32,491 nucleotides of DNA from assembly GCA_003280965.1 (NCBI GenBank), contig QCDI01000013.1:1-32491 (forward strand). Direction: 5' to 3'. This document shows, piece after piece, positions 17,695 through 28,738 of this stretch. The position numbers and the translations under genes were made by a program. This stretch comes from Prochlorococcus sp. AG-355-B18 (GTDB lineage Bacteria; Cyanobacteriota; Cyanobacteriia; PCC-6307; Cyanobiaceae). Numbering within the stretch: position 1 is the stretch's first letter; the number at the start of each line of letters is the position of its first letter. The notes under the pieces were generated by a model, which had not been told where the DNA came from, did not search any database, and saw only the letters and a program-made list of their open reading frames with translations.

Positions 17695-18249
17695 TCAAGT
17701 TTTTATTAACTTGATTATTTTTTTTGCTGTTTCATCAACATTGTTATTTGTTAATGCAAAATCAAATTCATTTGATACTGAAATCTCATAATTAGCCCTT
17801 GAGAGTCTTTTTTTAATTGCCTCTTCTTTTTCTGTACCTCTATTTCTTATTCTTCTCTCTAACTCTTCTTTATCCGGAGGAAGTAAAAATATTGACTGTG
17901 AATTAGGAAACTTATTTTTTATTTGCCTCGCACCCTCTACTTCAATTTCAAGTAGTACGGTAAATCCCTTTTTTATTTTTTCATTAACAGAAGACAAAGG
18001 CGTTCCGTAGTAGTTTCCAGCAAATTGAGCCCATTCAAGGAAAAGGTTTTGTTCAATCATTTCTTTAAACTTTTCTTGGGTTAAGAAATAATAATTTTCT
18101 CCGTCCTTCTCTCCCTCTCTAGGTTCTCTAGTAGTTGCAGATATTGAAAGCCAAAAATTTTTTTCTTTACCTAATATTTCTTTAATAACTGTTCCTTTGC
18201 CTACTCCGCTGGGTCCAGTAAGGATAATAAGTTTTTTTTGATTTTTCAT
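17695..18249 (-). CDS. gmk: Guanylate kinase
   Basis: GPSGVGKGT, SATTREPREGE, NYYGT and LEIEVEGA. Confidence 0.97.
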   Translation of the reverse strand: MKNQKKLIILTGPSGVGKGTVIKEILGKEKNFWLSISATTREPREGEKDGENYYFLTQEKFKEMIEQNLFLEWAQFAGNYYGTPLSSVNEKIKKGFTVLLEIEVEGARQIKNKFPNSQSIFLLPPDKEELERRIRNRGTEKEEAIKKRLSRANYEISVSNEFDFALTNNNVDETAKKIIKLIKT

Positions 18250-18298
18250 ATTAAATTTTTTACAGTAAAATAGACATCTTGTGAATTAAAAAGGAATA

Positions 18299-20023
18299 AT
18301 GCAAAAAGGTGTTCCACAGATAATGGATATTACATCTATTAGATCTGTCTTGCATTATTTGACAAAGAACATCTTACCTACAAAGTTTGAGACTGCCCAA
18401 CAACCAGAGCCTAATACAATTCAATTATGTTTCAGAGGAGTTGATTCTCAAACATGGTTAGAAGTTTCATGGAATGGAGACTCTCCAAGAATACTAAAGA
18501 TAAATAAGCCAGAAAAGATTGGTAGAGAAAGCACACTTTCTAAACAAATAAGATACGGATTAAAGTATATGGCTTTAATTTCGATTGATCAAGATAATTT
18601 CGAGAGAGTTATAAAATTTAGTTTTGCGAAAAAACCTGGAGATGAAATTAATAAGTATTTAATTTTTGAATTAATGGGAAAACATAGTAATATTTTTTAT
18701 CTGGATAATAAACATAAAATAATTGCCGTTGGTAAACAAATTAAATCAAGTCAATCTAGTTTTAGAACAATTTCAACAGGATCAATTTATTCTGGTCCTC
18801 CAGTCAATCTCAAAAAACAACCAAGAGAAGATGAGTCTTTTCAATCATGGAAAAACTCAATTTCAATAGTACCTGAATCTTTGAAATACTGTTTAATAAA
18901 TACCTATCAAGGAGTAAGCCCTATCCTTACAAAACAATTAGAGGTTGTTAGCGCAACTGTTGATTCAGAAATAATGGAAAAAAATATTGATTTCATTAGC
19001 AACTCAGACTTAAAGGAGATATTTAAAAATTGGAAGATTTGGATAAACAGGTTTAAAAACAATAACTTTAATTTTTCTACATTCAACAAAGATTTTTATT
19101 GCGTTTGGTTTTTTGATAAGGAAATTAATTGCGAAAATAAAATAGATTTATGCGCAAGCTTAGAGAATTATTATGATTATCATCTGAAACAAAAAAAACT
19201 TGAATTATTGGAAAAGAAAATTGAAGGGATAATTTTTAAACAGACCAATACTGAGAAAAAGAATTTAAATATTCAATATGATCTTCTGACAAAATCAGAA
19301 AACTACGAGATATATAAAGAAAAAGCTGATAATATATTTTCTTCAAATGAAATTAAAAAACAAGACATTATAAAAGGACAAAAACTATATAAAAAATCAA
19401 AAAAACTAAAGAGATCTAGAGAATTAATAAAAGAAAGATTAAGTATTTATAAAACAAATATTGAGAGATTAGAGGAATTCACTACGCTTCTAGAAAATTT
19501 AAATTCTTTAAATCATGAAAAACTTTCTATGAGAATCAAACTACTAGAAGAAATTATGGAAGAAATTTGTAACGAGTTTAATATCAATATCAAGAAGCAA
19601 AGAGAAGATCAGAAAAGTACATATGAGATAGAGTCTTCACCAATTCAAATTGACACTCCCACAGGCTTAAAGCTTCAGGTAGGGCGAAATATGAGACAAA
19701 ATGATTTAATAAGCTTTAAGTTATCAAAAAAAGGCGATTTATGGTTTCATGCACAGGAATCTCCAGGCAGTCATGTAGTTTTGAAGTCTTCATCTCAAGT
19801 AGCATCTGAACAAGATCTTCAAATAGCTGCAGATTTAGCTGCATTATTTAGTAAGGCAAAAAGAAACATTAAAGTTCCAATTAATTTTGTAAAGATTAAA
19901 GATTTGCAAAAAATCAAAAACGGAGGACCAGGTTGCGTTTCCTTTAAAAATGGAGAAATTATTTGGGGAAATCCTACAAGAGGAGAAGATTACATTAAAA
20001 AAAATCTTAAAACAGTAATTTAG
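18299..20023 (+). CDS. rqcH: NFACT / RqcH (Rqc2, FbpA-like) ribosome quality-control protein
   Basis: FERVI, FELMGKHSNI, central coiled coil, and C-terminal NFACT-R VGRNMRQND...DLWFHAQESPGSHVVL. Alternative start at 18323. Confidence 0.88.
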   Translation: MQKGVPQIMDITSIRSVLHYLTKNILPTKFETAQQPEPNTIQLCFRGVDSQTWLEVSWNGDSPRILKINKPEKIGRESTLSKQIRYGLKYMALISIDQDNFERVIKFSFAKKPGDEINKYLIFELMGKHSNIFYLDNKHKIIAVGKQIKSSQSSFRTISTGSIYSGPPVNLKKQPREDESFQSWKNSISIVPESLKYCLINTYQGVSPILTKQLEVVSATVDSEIMEKNIDFISNSDLKEIFKNWKIWINRFKNNNFNFSTFNKDFYCVWFFDKEINCENKIDLCASLENYYDYHLKQKKLELLEKKIEGIIFKQTNTEKKNLNIQYDLLTKSENYEIYKEKADNIFSSNEIKKQDIIKGQKLYKKSKKLKRSRELIKERLSIYKTNIERLEEFTTLLENLNSLNHEKLSMRIKLLEEIMEEICNEFNINIKKQREDQKSTYEIESSPIQIDTPTGLKLQVGRNMRQNDLISFKLSKKGDLWFHAQESPGSHVVLKSSSQVASEQDLQIAADLAALFSKAKRNIKVPINFVKIKDLQKIKNGGPGCVSFKNGEIIWGNPTRGEDYIKKNLKTVI

Positions 20024-20052
20024 TTTATAATAAAAAAAATTTTTAAATCTAA

Positions 20053-20313
20053 ATGTTTGATTTTCTTTTAGGAACTCATGAATTTTTAGGAAATCATAGT
20101 TTTCCAGAATTTATTGTTGGATATTTATTTGGTGCTGCATTAATAATTGGAGCTCCTACTGTTTTCTTACTACTTGCCTTCGTAAGCGCTTTAATGAAAA
20201 CAAATGGGAAAATGGGTGGATATAGAGAATATGAAACTTATGGTGAATCATCTTTAAATGATGCCCCTCCTTTCTTATTACCAGATCCAACAAATCCTAA
20301 ATTAAGCAAATAA
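20053..20313 (+). CDS. Small hypothetical membrane protein (86 aa)
   Basis: ATG ORF filling the rqcH-tatC gap, with a long hydrophobic segment (FIVGYLFGAALIIGAPTVFLLLAFVSAL). Confidence 0.7.
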   Translation: MFDFLLGTHEFLGNHSFPEFIVGYLFGAALIIGAPTVFLLLAFVSALMKTNGKMGGYREYETYGESSLNDAPPFLLPDPTNPKLSK

Positions 20314-20393
20314 TTAAGTTTATCGAAAAATAAATTGGACTTTGACAATAGCAATTTCAAATCTTTTTCCTACACAATTTTCATCAAAATATA

Positions 20394-21152
20394 ATGAGAG
20401 GTACAGGTCAAAGTGATAAAAAATTATCAAATTCGATGACTTTTAGTGATCATTTAGAGGAGCTTCGTCACAGGATACTAAACTCAATTTACTCAATACT
20501 TATTTCAATATTCTTTAGTTTTCTCATCATAAAGCCAATAATATCTTTTTTAGAAATTCCAGCTGGTGATATTCATTTACTACAACTTGCTCCAGGAGAG
20601 TTTTTATTTGTCGCTATTAAAGTTGCAGGTTACAGCGGATTGATAGTTTCTATGCCTTATATTTTTTATCAAATAATATTATTCATTTCTCCTGGTTTAA
20701 CAAAACAAGAAAAAAGCCTTATTTTGCCTGCAGTTTTAGGTTCAGGACTTCTATTTTTTTTAGGATTAATTTTCTCATGGTGGATATTAGTCCCTGCAGC
20801 AATAAATTTCTTCATTAGTTTCGGTGCTGACATTGTTGAACCAACTTGGTCTATAGAAAGATATTTTGATTTTGTTCTCTTATTAATGTCTAGCACTGCA
20901 ATAGCTTTTCAATTGCCAGTATTACAATTTATTCTTGGTTCTCTTGGAATAATTACAACAGAAAAAATGATTTCAAATTGGAAGATTGTTGTAATTTCCT
21001 CTGCAATACTATCTGCAGTGATTACCCCTTCAACTGACCCATTGACTATGTCATTGCTATCTATATCGATTGTGTTTTTATTTTTTGTGGGTACTGGATT
21101 AACTTACTTATCAGAGAATCTTAAGTCAAAAACTCTTTCATCCTCTCATTAA
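20394..21152 (+). CDS. tatC: Twin-arginine translocase subunit TatC
   Basis: DHLEELRHR, FISPGL, AFQLP and AVITPSTDP. Confidence 0.96.
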   Translation: MRGTGQSDKKLSNSMTFSDHLEELRHRILNSIYSILISIFFSFLIIKPIISFLEIPAGDIHLLQLAPGEFLFVAIKVAGYSGLIVSMPYIFYQIILFISPGLTKQEKSLILPAVLGSGLLFFLGLIFSWWILVPAAINFFISFGADIVEPTWSIERYFDFVLLLMSSTAIAFQLPVLQFILGSLGIITTEKMISNWKIVVISSAILSAVITPSTDPLTMSLLSISIVFLFFVGTGLTYLSENLKSKTLSSSH

Positions 21153-21438
21153 GATCTAATTGCAAGCTAACAGCTCTACCTAACCTTGGCTTAGCATTGA
21201 CTTTCTTTAGCCATTCCCTTACTTCTTCTGAATATCCACATCTATTTAAAATCTCGATTTTATCAGCTATCGATTTTTTATATTCATCTTCACTTAAAGG
21301 GAATGATTCCTGTCCAAGAAATCCCCACATCATTTGAAAATAAACGAATTTTCCTCTTCTAAAGAGTCTAAAATCATATTTTTTCCCCCAGCGATGAATC
21401 AAATAATGTATAACTTCATCTACTAGCAATGGGTTCAT
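21121..21438 (-). CDS. DUF3067 family protein
   Basis: RWGKKYD, FQMMWGFLGQESFPLSE and PRLGRAVS; divergent from petC as is usual in cyanobacteria. Confidence 0.85.
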   Translation of the reverse strand: MNPLLVDEVIHYLIHRWGKKYDFRLFRRGKFVYFQMMWGFLGQESFPLSEDEYKKSIADKIEILNRCGYSEEVREWLKKVNAKPRLGRAVSLQLDLNERMKEFLT

Positions 21439-21561
21439 TTAAATCAATTAATTAAGACTTCCTAAACTTTTACTTTAAATTATTAAAAGTCCTATCTATT
21501 TGCAACAGAAATTGTACAATTTGTTCCATAATAACTAATAAATAACAGAACCAAGTAGCGA

Positions 21562-22098
21562 ATGACTCAATTAAGTTCCAATGATGTCCCTTCTATGGGT
21601 CGAAGGCAATTTATGAATCTTCTTACATTTGGTACTGCAACTGGTGTAGCTTTAGGAGCCCTTTACCCTGTAGCGAATTATTTCATGCCTCTAAGAGCAG
21701 GCGGTGGTGGAGGTGGAACTTCTGCTAAAGATGAATTAGGGAATCCAATAACTAAGACAGGTTGGTTAGCTACCCATCAAGCAGGAGACAGAAGTCTAGT
21801 TCAGGGTCTAAAGGGAGATCCAACTTATTTAATAGTTAATGAGGGTGGGGAAATAGGAGAATTTGGTTTAAATGCAATTTGTACTCATTTAGGTTGTGTT
21901 GTCCCATGGGATAGTGGTGCTAATAAATTCATATGTCCTTGCCATGGCAGTCAGTACGATACTAATGGGAAGGTAGTAAGAGGGCCTGCGCCTTTATCTT
22001 TAGCTCTGGCTCATGTCGACATTGAAGATGATGCTGTACTCGTCAAACAATGGTCAGAAACTGACTTTAGAACTAATGAAAATCCATGGTGGGCATAA
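21562..22098 (+). CDS. petC: Cytochrome b6f Rieske Fe-S subunit
   Basis: Tat motif GRRQFM, CTHLGC and CPCHGS. Confidence 0.98.
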   Translation: MTQLSSNDVPSMGRRQFMNLLTFGTATGVALGALYPVANYFMPLRAGGGGGGTSAKDELGNPITKTGWLATHQAGDRSLVQGLKGDPTYLIVNEGGEIGEFGLNAICTHLGCVVPWDSGANKFICPCHGSQYDTNGKVVRGPAPLSLALAHVDIEDDAVLVKQWSETDFRTNENPWWA

Positions 22099-22102
22099 AA
22101 AA

Positions 22103-23056
22103 ATGAAAGGTCTTAAAAATCAAATCAAGAAAAAAACGAGTTTATTTATCTGCACTATGCTTTTCATTTCAAGCATAGTATTTTATCCAAAGACCAGTTT
22201 TGCTTATCCATTTTGGGCTCAGCAAAACTACGAATCCCCAAGAGAAGCCACAGGTAAGATAGTCTGTGCAAATTGTCATCTAGCTCAGATGCCTACAATT
22301 GCAGAGGTTCCACAATCTGTTGGAGCAGACAGTGTTTTCAAAGCTGTAGTCAAAATACCCTACAAAAATGATTTAAAAGAGATAGGGGCTGATGGTTCGG
22401 AAGTCCCATTACAAGTTGGTGCTGTTGTAATGCTCCCTGATGGCTTTAAACTTGCTCCACAAGAAAGATGGACAGAAGAGATAAAAGAGGAGACAGAAGG
22501 GGTTTATTTCACTAATTACAGTGAAGAGAAAGATAATATCATTATTGTCGGACCTTTACCTGGCGATACCAATAAAGAAATCGTTTTCCCTGTACTTTCC
22601 CCTGACCCATCCACTAATAAAGAATATCACTATGGAAAATACTCGTTACATATTGGAGGCAATAGAGGTAGAGGTCAGGTATATCCAACCGGAGACAAGA
22701 GCAATAATGTAGTATTCACTTCTTCCACCGCAGGAACTATAAATTCAATAGAAACAATTGAAGATGGTAGCTATCAAGTCAATATAGAAAACGATAATGG
22801 TGAAATAACTACTGAAGCAGTCCCTGTTGGTCCTCAACTTATCGTAAAAGCGCAAGACAAAATTAATGTAGGTGACCCTCTTACTAATGATCCCAACGTT
22901 GGTGGCTTTGGGCAATTAGATGCTGAGGTTGTACTTCAGAGCCCTTATAGAGTTATTGGATTGATTGCATTCTTTATTGGTGTTGGGTTAACACAAATAC
23001 TTTTAGTATTAAAGAAAAAACAAGTAGAAAAAGTGCAAGCAGCAGAGGGTATCTAA
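22103..23056 (+). CDS. petA: Apocytochrome f
   Basis: Signal peptide followed by [22 protein letters not shown] and [10 protein letters not shown]. The start is most likely the ATG at 22103, 4 nt after the petC stop, not 22013. Confidence 0.97.
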   Translation: MKGLKNQIKKKTSLFICTMLFISSIVFYPKTSFAYPFWAQQNYESPREATGKIVCANCHLAQMPTIAEVPQSVGADSVFKAVVKIPYKNDLKEIGADGSEVPLQVGAVVMLPDGFKLAPQERWTEEIKEETEGVYFTNYSEEKDNIIIVGPLPGDTNKEIVFPVLSPDPSTNKEYHYGKYSLHIGGNRGRGQVYPTGDKSNNVVFTSSTAGTINSIETIEDGSYQVNIENDNGEITTEAVPVGPQLIVKAQDKINVGDPLTNDPNVGGFGQLDAEVVLQSPYRVIGLIAFFIGVGLTQILLVLKKKQVEKVQAAEGI

Positions 23057-23066
23057 CTTTCTCTAA

Positions 23067-23960
23067 ATGCTTATACTTCAAGCTTTTATACAATCTCCAG
23101 GAGAAACTTTTTTAAATTTAGGATTTATAACTATTAGATGGTACGGACTTCTTATTTCGGTATCAGTTTTAATAGGCCTACTTGTCTCTAAAAAGCTAGC
23201 AAAGGCAAGAAATATTAACCCAGAGTACATTAGTGAAATACTTCCATCATTAATAATCTCTTCAATAATTGGAGCTAGAACTTATTACGTAATTTTTGAG
23301 TGGAGGCAATATAGCGGAGAGAACTTTTTTACTTCTTTTGAACTATTCAATAACATCATTCAAATACCTTCTTTTCTTGCAGTTTGGGAAGGAGGCATAG
23401 CAATCCATGGAGGTCTAATTGGAGGATTAATATCTATAATCTATTTCTGTAAGTCGAAAAAAATTAATTTAAAAACTTTTATAGATATACTAATACCCTC
23501 GATTATTCTTGGACAATCAATAGGAAGGTGGGGAAATTTTTTCAATAATGAGGCCTTTGGAGTTCCTACAAATATGCCTTGGAAATTATTTATACCTATC
23601 CAAAATAGGCCTTTAGAATTTATTAATTATGAATTTTTTCATCCTACATTTCTCTATGAGTCATTGTGGAATCTTTTAATTTTCATCGTCCTTATTATTA
23701 CCTTTAATAAACAAAATAAAACAGATTTTTTCAGGCCTGGCTTTATTAGCTGTCTTTATTTAATAAGTTATAGCTTTGGAAGATTCTGGATTGAAGGTTT
23801 AAGAACTGACCCACTATGCATTGGTGGACTTCCACCTTTCTGTGATGGCGGTATTAGGATGGCTCAATTTATAAGTATTTTTCTATTTTCTTCTGGATTA
23901 ATTGGAATATTCTTTTTAAGATTGAGAACACATAGCGGAAAAAATAGAAAGAATGGATAA
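23067..23960 (+). CDS. lgt: Prolipoprotein diacylglyceryl transferase
   Basis: [25 protein letters not shown] and HPTFLYES. Confidence 0.96.
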   Translation: MLILQAFIQSPGETFLNLGFITIRWYGLLISVSVLIGLLVSKKLAKARNINPEYISEILPSLIISSIIGARTYYVIFEWRQYSGENFFTSFELFNNIIQIPSFLAVWEGGIAIHGGLIGGLISIIYFCKSKKINLKTFIDILIPSIILGQSIGRWGNFFNNEAFGVPTNMPWKLFIPIQNRPLEFINYEFFHPTFLYESLWNLLIFIVLIITFNKQNKTDFFRPGFISCLYLISYSFGRFWIEGLRTDPLCIGGLPPFCDGGIRMAQFISIFLFSSGLIGIFFLRLRTHSGKNRKNG

Positions 23961-24708
23961 AAAAATATCCTTTATTGGTGTTGGTCCAGGCGATCCAGAA
24001 TTATTAACTTTAAAAGCATTAAAAAAGATAAAAATAGCAGATGTCATTATTTGGACTGATTCTCTAATACCTGAAAAGATTTTAGATTTTGCTAAAGAAG
24101 GTTCTGAAAAAATAAAAACGAGTTCACTCAACTTAGAGCAAATCACCCAAATTATGATAGAAAAATTTCAGACAGGGAAAACTGTTGTAAGGTTGCATGA
24201 TGGAGACCCTTGCCTTTTTGGAGCAATTAGAGAGCAAATCGAAATTTTAAAAAACGAAAAAATTGAAATCGAGGTTGTTCCTGGAGTAAGTGCTTTTCAA
24301 GTTGCTGCAGCGTATCATGAAGCTGAGTTAACCATACCTGACATAACGCAAACAATAATTTTAACTAGAGCAGCAGGGCGAACAGGGATGCCCGAAAAAG
24401 AATCTCTGAAAGAACTTGCGAAACATAATTCCTCTATTTGTCTATATCTTAGTGCCAGGCATGTGAAAAGGTCTCAAGAAGCTCTACTAGAGTTTTACCC
24501 TCCAGAGACTAAAGTAATTGTTGGATTTAGAGTATCTTGGGATGATGGTTGGACATCATTAATAGAATTAAAAGATATGGAAAAATTTTCTATTGAGAAA
24601 AAATTAATTAGAACAACCATTTACATAATTAGCCCAGCAATTAGTAATTCTCAAAAAAGATCTAATCTTTATAATCCATCTTATAGGCATCTCTTTAGGA
24701 ATAAATAA
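23953..24708 (+). CDS. cobM: Precorrin-4 / cobalt-precorrin-4 C11-methyltransferase
   Basis: [43 protein letters not shown] and SNLYNP. Confidence 0.93.
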   Translation: MDKKISFIGVGPGDPELLTLKALKKIKIADVIIWTDSLIPEKILDFAKEGSEKIKTSSLNLEQITQIMIEKFQTGKTVVRLHDGDPCLFGAIREQIEILKNEKIEIEVVPGVSAFQVAAAYHEAELTIPDITQTIILTRAAGRTGMPEKESLKELAKHNSSICLYLSARHVKRSQEALLEFYPPETKVIVGFRVSWDDGWTSLIELKDMEKFSIEKKLIRTTIYIISPAISNSQKRSNLYNPSYRHLFRNK

Positions 24709-24763
24709 TCTTAAAGTTGATAGAAAAATATTAATTACTATAATTAGTAAAAATTTATTTGCT

Positions 24764-25258
24764 TTGAAAGAAATAAAATCTGCTTCGGAAAACAAAAATA
24801 AAGGAGAAAATTCCTCTTTAAAGAGAATTGGAAATTTCATTAAAGAGGCAAGGTTAAGTAGAAATCAATCTATTGAAGAATTGGCTTCTAATTTAAAAAT
24901 CGGAGCTCATCAACTTGAAGCCATAGAAGAGGGTAATGAAGAAAAGCTACCTGAAAAAGTATTTGTCAAAGCAATGGTTCGAAGGATTTCACAGAAACTA
25001 AAACTTGATACTGAATTTATAATGAATGAATTCAAGACAGAGAGAAAAGAAGTAAAAATTGAAGAAATTGTTGAAGAAGTTTCGAAAAAAAATAACAAAT
25101 CTACAAAACCTAAGAATCTTAATCCATTAGGGTTCCTAATATTTATTTTAATTTCAGGCTTTCTCGGACTAATCGCATCGTCCTTAATTTTCAATTTATT
25201 TTCGGACTCTTCTCAGAATCAAACTCCAAAACAAGAAATTATTAAAAAAACTAAATAA
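24764..25258 (+). CDS. HTH (Xre/RodZ-like) protein with a C-terminal TM segment
   Basis: IGNFIKEAR...LEAIEEGNEEKLPEKVFVKAMVRR (HTH_25-like), followed by a hydrophobic helix. Confidence 0.8.
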   Translation: MKEIKSASENKNKGENSSLKRIGNFIKEARLSRNQSIEELASNLKIGAHQLEAIEEGNEEKLPEKVFVKAMVRRISQKLKLDTEFIMNEFKTERKEVKIEEIVEEVSKKNNKSTKPKNLNPLGFLIFILISGFLGLIASSLIFNLFSDSSQNQTPKQEIIKKTK

Positions 25259-26846
25259 CTTTTAATTCCAAATTCTTTAGTTCTTTTATTACATTACGGC
25301 ATAATCCTAAGTTCCATTTTTCAAGAAGAAGATCATGGTTTCTATCTAAAGGTAAAAGTTGAAATGTAAGATTATTTTCCTGCAATTTTATTTGAACTGA
25401 GGAGATCACCTTATCAGGTCTTTGATCAAGAGCTGCTGCTAGTCTCAGGATTAATGACATTTCAAGAACTAATGTTTTATCTTCTTTGGATATTAAATTT
25501 TGCCAAGACTCATGTCTTTTCTTGGGTAGAGTCTTTCTATGGTACCTAGCAATTGAAGCAATAATATTTGTTTCTGCTTCAGAATATCCCAACAACTCAC
25601 AATTTTTTATTAAGTACCAAGAGTGTTTGTGATATGAACCAACATTCACATATTTCCCACAATTATAAAGATTAGAAGCTGCCCAAAGAAGTTCTTTAGC
25701 TTTAGGGTCATCATCGCTATGAAAGATATTTTTAGTCTGATCATAGATTTGAAAGGCAATATCAATAACTTTCTCAGCTCTTGTATTATCTACTCCAAAC
25801 TTTCTGGCCTGATGAACTATAGTTGTTTTTCTAATATTGCCTTGAATATTTAACTCATTTTTAATTATCCCTTTACGAAGCATCCAATCCACAACCAAAC
25901 CCTCTCGAAGCGCCCTCTCACTTATTATTAATTCATCAAAGTTCAACATCTCCATTGCGGTGTTTAATATCAATGCTCCTGGAATAATTATTTCTGCTCT
26001 TCTCTCACTTAATGACGGTATTTTCTTGATTTCCGAAACTGGCAATTTAATTAGTTTTTCCAATACATTTTGTAAATTTTCCCTTTTAAATTTATAACCA
26101 TGCAACTTTTGTTTTGATTCTCCCAAATCATCTGAAATCAAATTACCTAATGAGGTTGCAGTGCCACTGGTTGCAATCATAGATAATGGCTTATCTGCCT
26201 TAGATCTACTCTTTATTTTTCGAACAGATGGTTCTAAAGATCCTTTAATAAAAGTTGTTATAAAATGCGCTCTTTCTGAAGTTATAGACCCTTTATTTAA
26301 AAAATCATTTTTAAGTCTTACCGCACCAATTCTCGAACTGGTAAGAGCTATAGCATCTTTTTTATCTGCAAGTATTAATTCTGTAGATCCTCCTCCAATA
26401 TCTATGATTACAAAAGACTGATCTTCAAAAGACATACCAGAAAGAACACCAAGGTAAATTAATCTAGCTTCCTCGGAACCACTTATCATTTCTATTTGAA
26501 TACCAGTTTCATCAAGAACTCTTCTAATAAAATCTTGACCGTTTGGAGCTTCCCTAACTGCACTTGTTGCTGCTGTTACTATTTGTTTTACTCCATTACT
26601 TTTACAATATTCCTTAAATCGCTTAAGAGTAACTAATGCTCTTTGGATTGATTCATCTGTAAGATTTCCCTCCTCATCTCTTTCTCCAAGACGAGTGGTA
26701 GATTTATCAGTGAATTTTATTGAAAATGATTTTAATTCTACATTAATTTCTGCTACCAATAGATGTGTAGAGTTAGTTCCAATATCTATAGAAGCTACTA
26801 AAATTTGCTTTTCTTGAAAATATCTTAAATCTTGTTTCTGTATCAT
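25251..26846 (-). CDS. ppx: Ppx/GppA exopolyphosphatase with a C-terminal HD domain
   Basis: IDIGTNS, ATSAVREA, EEARL, DIGGGSTE, LREG, YHKHS and ARYHRK. Confidence 0.93.
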   Translation of the reverse strand: MIQKQDLRYFQEKQILVASIDIGTNSTHLLVAEINVELKSFSIKFTDKSTTRLGERDEEGNLTDESIQRALVTLKRFKEYCKSNGVKQIVTAATSAVREAPNGQDFIRRVLDETGIQIEMISGSEEARLIYLGVLSGMSFEDQSFVIIDIGGGSTELILADKKDAIALTSSRIGAVRLKNDFLNKGSITSERAHFITTFIKGSLEPSVRKIKSRSKADKPLSMIATSGTATSLGNLISDDLGESKQKLHGYKFKRENLQNVLEKLIKLPVSEIKKIPSLSERRAEIIIPGALILNTAMEMLNFDELIISERALREGLVVDWMLRKGIIKNELNIQGNIRKTTIVHQARKFGVDNTRAEKVIDIAFQIYDQTKNIFHSDDDPKAKELLWAASNLYNCGKYVNVGSYHKHSWYLIKNCELLGYSEAETNIIASIARYHRKTLPKKRHESWQNLISKEDKTLVLEMSLILRLAAALDQRPDKVISSVQIKLQENNLTFQLLPLDRNHDLLLEKWNLGLCRNVIKELKNLELKVI

Positions 26847-26950
26847 TTCTTTTTATAAGATGCAGATATCTTTAATCCATTAATAAATATACCCAAGATT
26901 GATTATTAAATAATAGAAATCATTTAATCCTAGTAAGATTATTTAAAGTT

Positions 26951-27859
26951 ATGAAATATACAATAGGTAATATGCAAAATAAAAATCGACAATTTAAATT
27001 AATTACTTTTTTTGAATTATTAAGGTGGAATAAGCCGACTGGAAGAATGATCTTACTTATTCCTGCTGGATGGAGTTTATATTTAACCCCAGATGCTAAT
27101 CCAACATTTTTAATGTTGCTAAGAATAATTCTGGGAGGACTTCTAGTAAGTGGATTAGGCTGCGTGGTTAATGATATTTGGGACAAAAAAATTGATCAAA
27201 GTGTTTTTAGGACAAAAAATAGACCTCTAGCTGCAAATAAAATCGATCTTAAAACAGCTTATTCAATTCTTTTCATTTTAATTTTATGTAGCTTCTTTTT
27301 AACTTTGTCACTACCTCAACCTGGAAGACTCCTTTCTATTTCACTTGCTTTTTTAGCTTTACCTATTATTTTAATTTATCCCTCTTCCAAAAGATGGTTT
27401 AAATATCCTCAATTAATCTTATCCATATGTTGGGGTTTTGCTGTATTAATTCCCTGGGCTGCAAATGAAGGCAATTTAAATAGTATTGTTTTATTGTTTT
27501 GCTGGCAAGCTACCATTTTTTGGACTTTTGGCTTTGACACGATTTATGCTTTAGCAGATAAAAAATATGATATCAAAATTGGAATAAATAGTTCTGCTAT
27601 TAACCTCCAGAACAATACAAGAATAACTATTCAAATTTGTTATTTTTTAACTTCTAGTTTTCTCGCATTATGCGGATTTATTAATCAAATGGATTTTATT
27701 TTTTGGCCAATTTGGCTTACAACGTCAATCTTAATGCAGAGAGATATACTAAAAGTATTTCCTGAGGAAAAGCAATCAATAAAAAATATTGGGAATCACT
27801 TCAAAAATCAATCAATTTATGGAGGAGTCCTTTTATTAGGAATTATTATTGCCTCATAG
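26951..27859 (+). CDS. ubiA: 4-hydroxybenzoate polyprenyl (solanesyl) transferase for plastoquinone synthesis
   Basis: LLRWNKPTG, NDIWDKKID...RTKNRPL, YPSSKR and DTIYALADKKYD. Alternative start at 26972. Confidence 0.92.
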   Translation: MKYTIGNMQNKNRQFKLITFFELLRWNKPTGRMILLIPAGWSLYLTPDANPTFLMLLRIILGGLLVSGLGCVVNDIWDKKIDQSVFRTKNRPLAANKIDLKTAYSILFILILCSFFLTLSLPQPGRLLSISLAFLALPIILIYPSSKRWFKYPQLILSICWGFAVLIPWAANEGNLNSIVLLFCWQATIFWTFGFDTIYALADKKYDIKIGINSSAINLQNNTRITIQICYFLTSSFLALCGFINQMDFIFWPIWLTTSILMQRDILKVFPEEKQSIKNIGNHFKNQSIYGGVLLLGIIIAS

Positions 27860-27868
27860 ATTCTAAAT

Positions 27869-28738
27869 ATGGTTTTTAAATTAAAAAAAGGTGATCTAAT
27901 AGATGTTTTGGCTCCAGGCTCCTTTATTGATGAAGACGAAAATTTTCAAAAAGGCATAGAAATCTTAAAAAACTGGGGCTTGGAAATTAATGAAAATAAT
28001 TCTCTATCCAAAAAATTTGGTTATTTTGCAGGTGATGATCTAACTAGATTTGAAGAACTGGAAAAAGCACAAAATAGTAAGCTAATCATTTTTGCAAAAG
28101 GAGGCTGGGGTTCAGCAAGAATATTAGAAAAAGAACCTTCTTGGAAGCATGGTTTAATGCTTGGATTCTCAGATACGTGTTCTTTATTACTATCTAAATA
28201 TTCTCAAGGATTTATAGGTTCTATTCATGGGCCCATGGTTACTGGCCTTTTCAAAGAACCAGATTGGAGTCTTGAGAGATTAAGAAATTTACTTTTTGAA
28301 GGATATGTTGAGGACATAAGAGGAATTCCTTTAAGAGGTGGGAAAACTAAAGGAGAAATTATCGTTTCCAACTTAACTATTGCTACTTTTTTAATTGGTA
28401 CTAATCACTTTCCAGATTGCAAAGGGAAAATAATAATTTTTGAAGATATTAATGAAGATATTTATAAAATTGATCGCATGTTGACTTACCTCAGAATGAC
28501 TAAAATAATTACTGAAATTGCTGGTATAGGATTCGGAAGTTTTTCTAATGATACCTGCGACCTTGAATGGAAAGATTTACTAAAAAACTGCATTTTTGAG
28601 AGACTCCAAGAGTTTGATTTTCCTATTCTTTTTGACCTCCCAATAGGCCACATATCGGGAAATGCTTGCATTCCTTTTGGATACGAAGCCACCTTAAATG
28701 GTGATGATGGCATTCTTAGTATCGCTACACCTATTTAA
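27869..28738 (+). CDS. ldcA: LD-carboxypeptidase (peptidase S66)
   Basis: KGGWGS, GFSD (catalytic Ser), IFED (Glu) and PIGH (His). Confidence 0.88.
   Translation: MVFKLKKGDLIDVLAPGSFIDEDENFQKGIEILKNWGLEINENNSLSKKFGYFAGDDLTRFEELEKAQNSKLIIFAKGGWGSARILEKEPSWKHGLMLGFSDTCSLLLSKYSQGFIGSIHGPMVTGLFKEPDWSLERLRNLLFEGYVEDIRGIPLRGGKTKGEIIVSNLTIATFLIGTNHFPDCKGKIIIFEDINEDIYKIDRMLTYLRMTKIITEIAGIGFGSFSNDTCDLEWKDLLKNCIFERLQEFDFPILFDLPIGHISGNACIPFGYEATLNGDDGILSIATPI

Noticed and set aside
20342..20347. TTGACA upstream of tatC as a -35
   Set aside because: There is no -10-like hexamer at 16-18 bp spacing.
22013..22102. 30-aa N-terminal extension of PetA in the ORF track
   Set aside because: It overlaps petC. 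The ATG at 22103 gives a normal signal peptide.
26847..26950. Pho box upstream of ppx
   Set aside because: TTTAATCC occurs twice but about 60 bp apart, not as 11-bp-periodic tandem half-sites.
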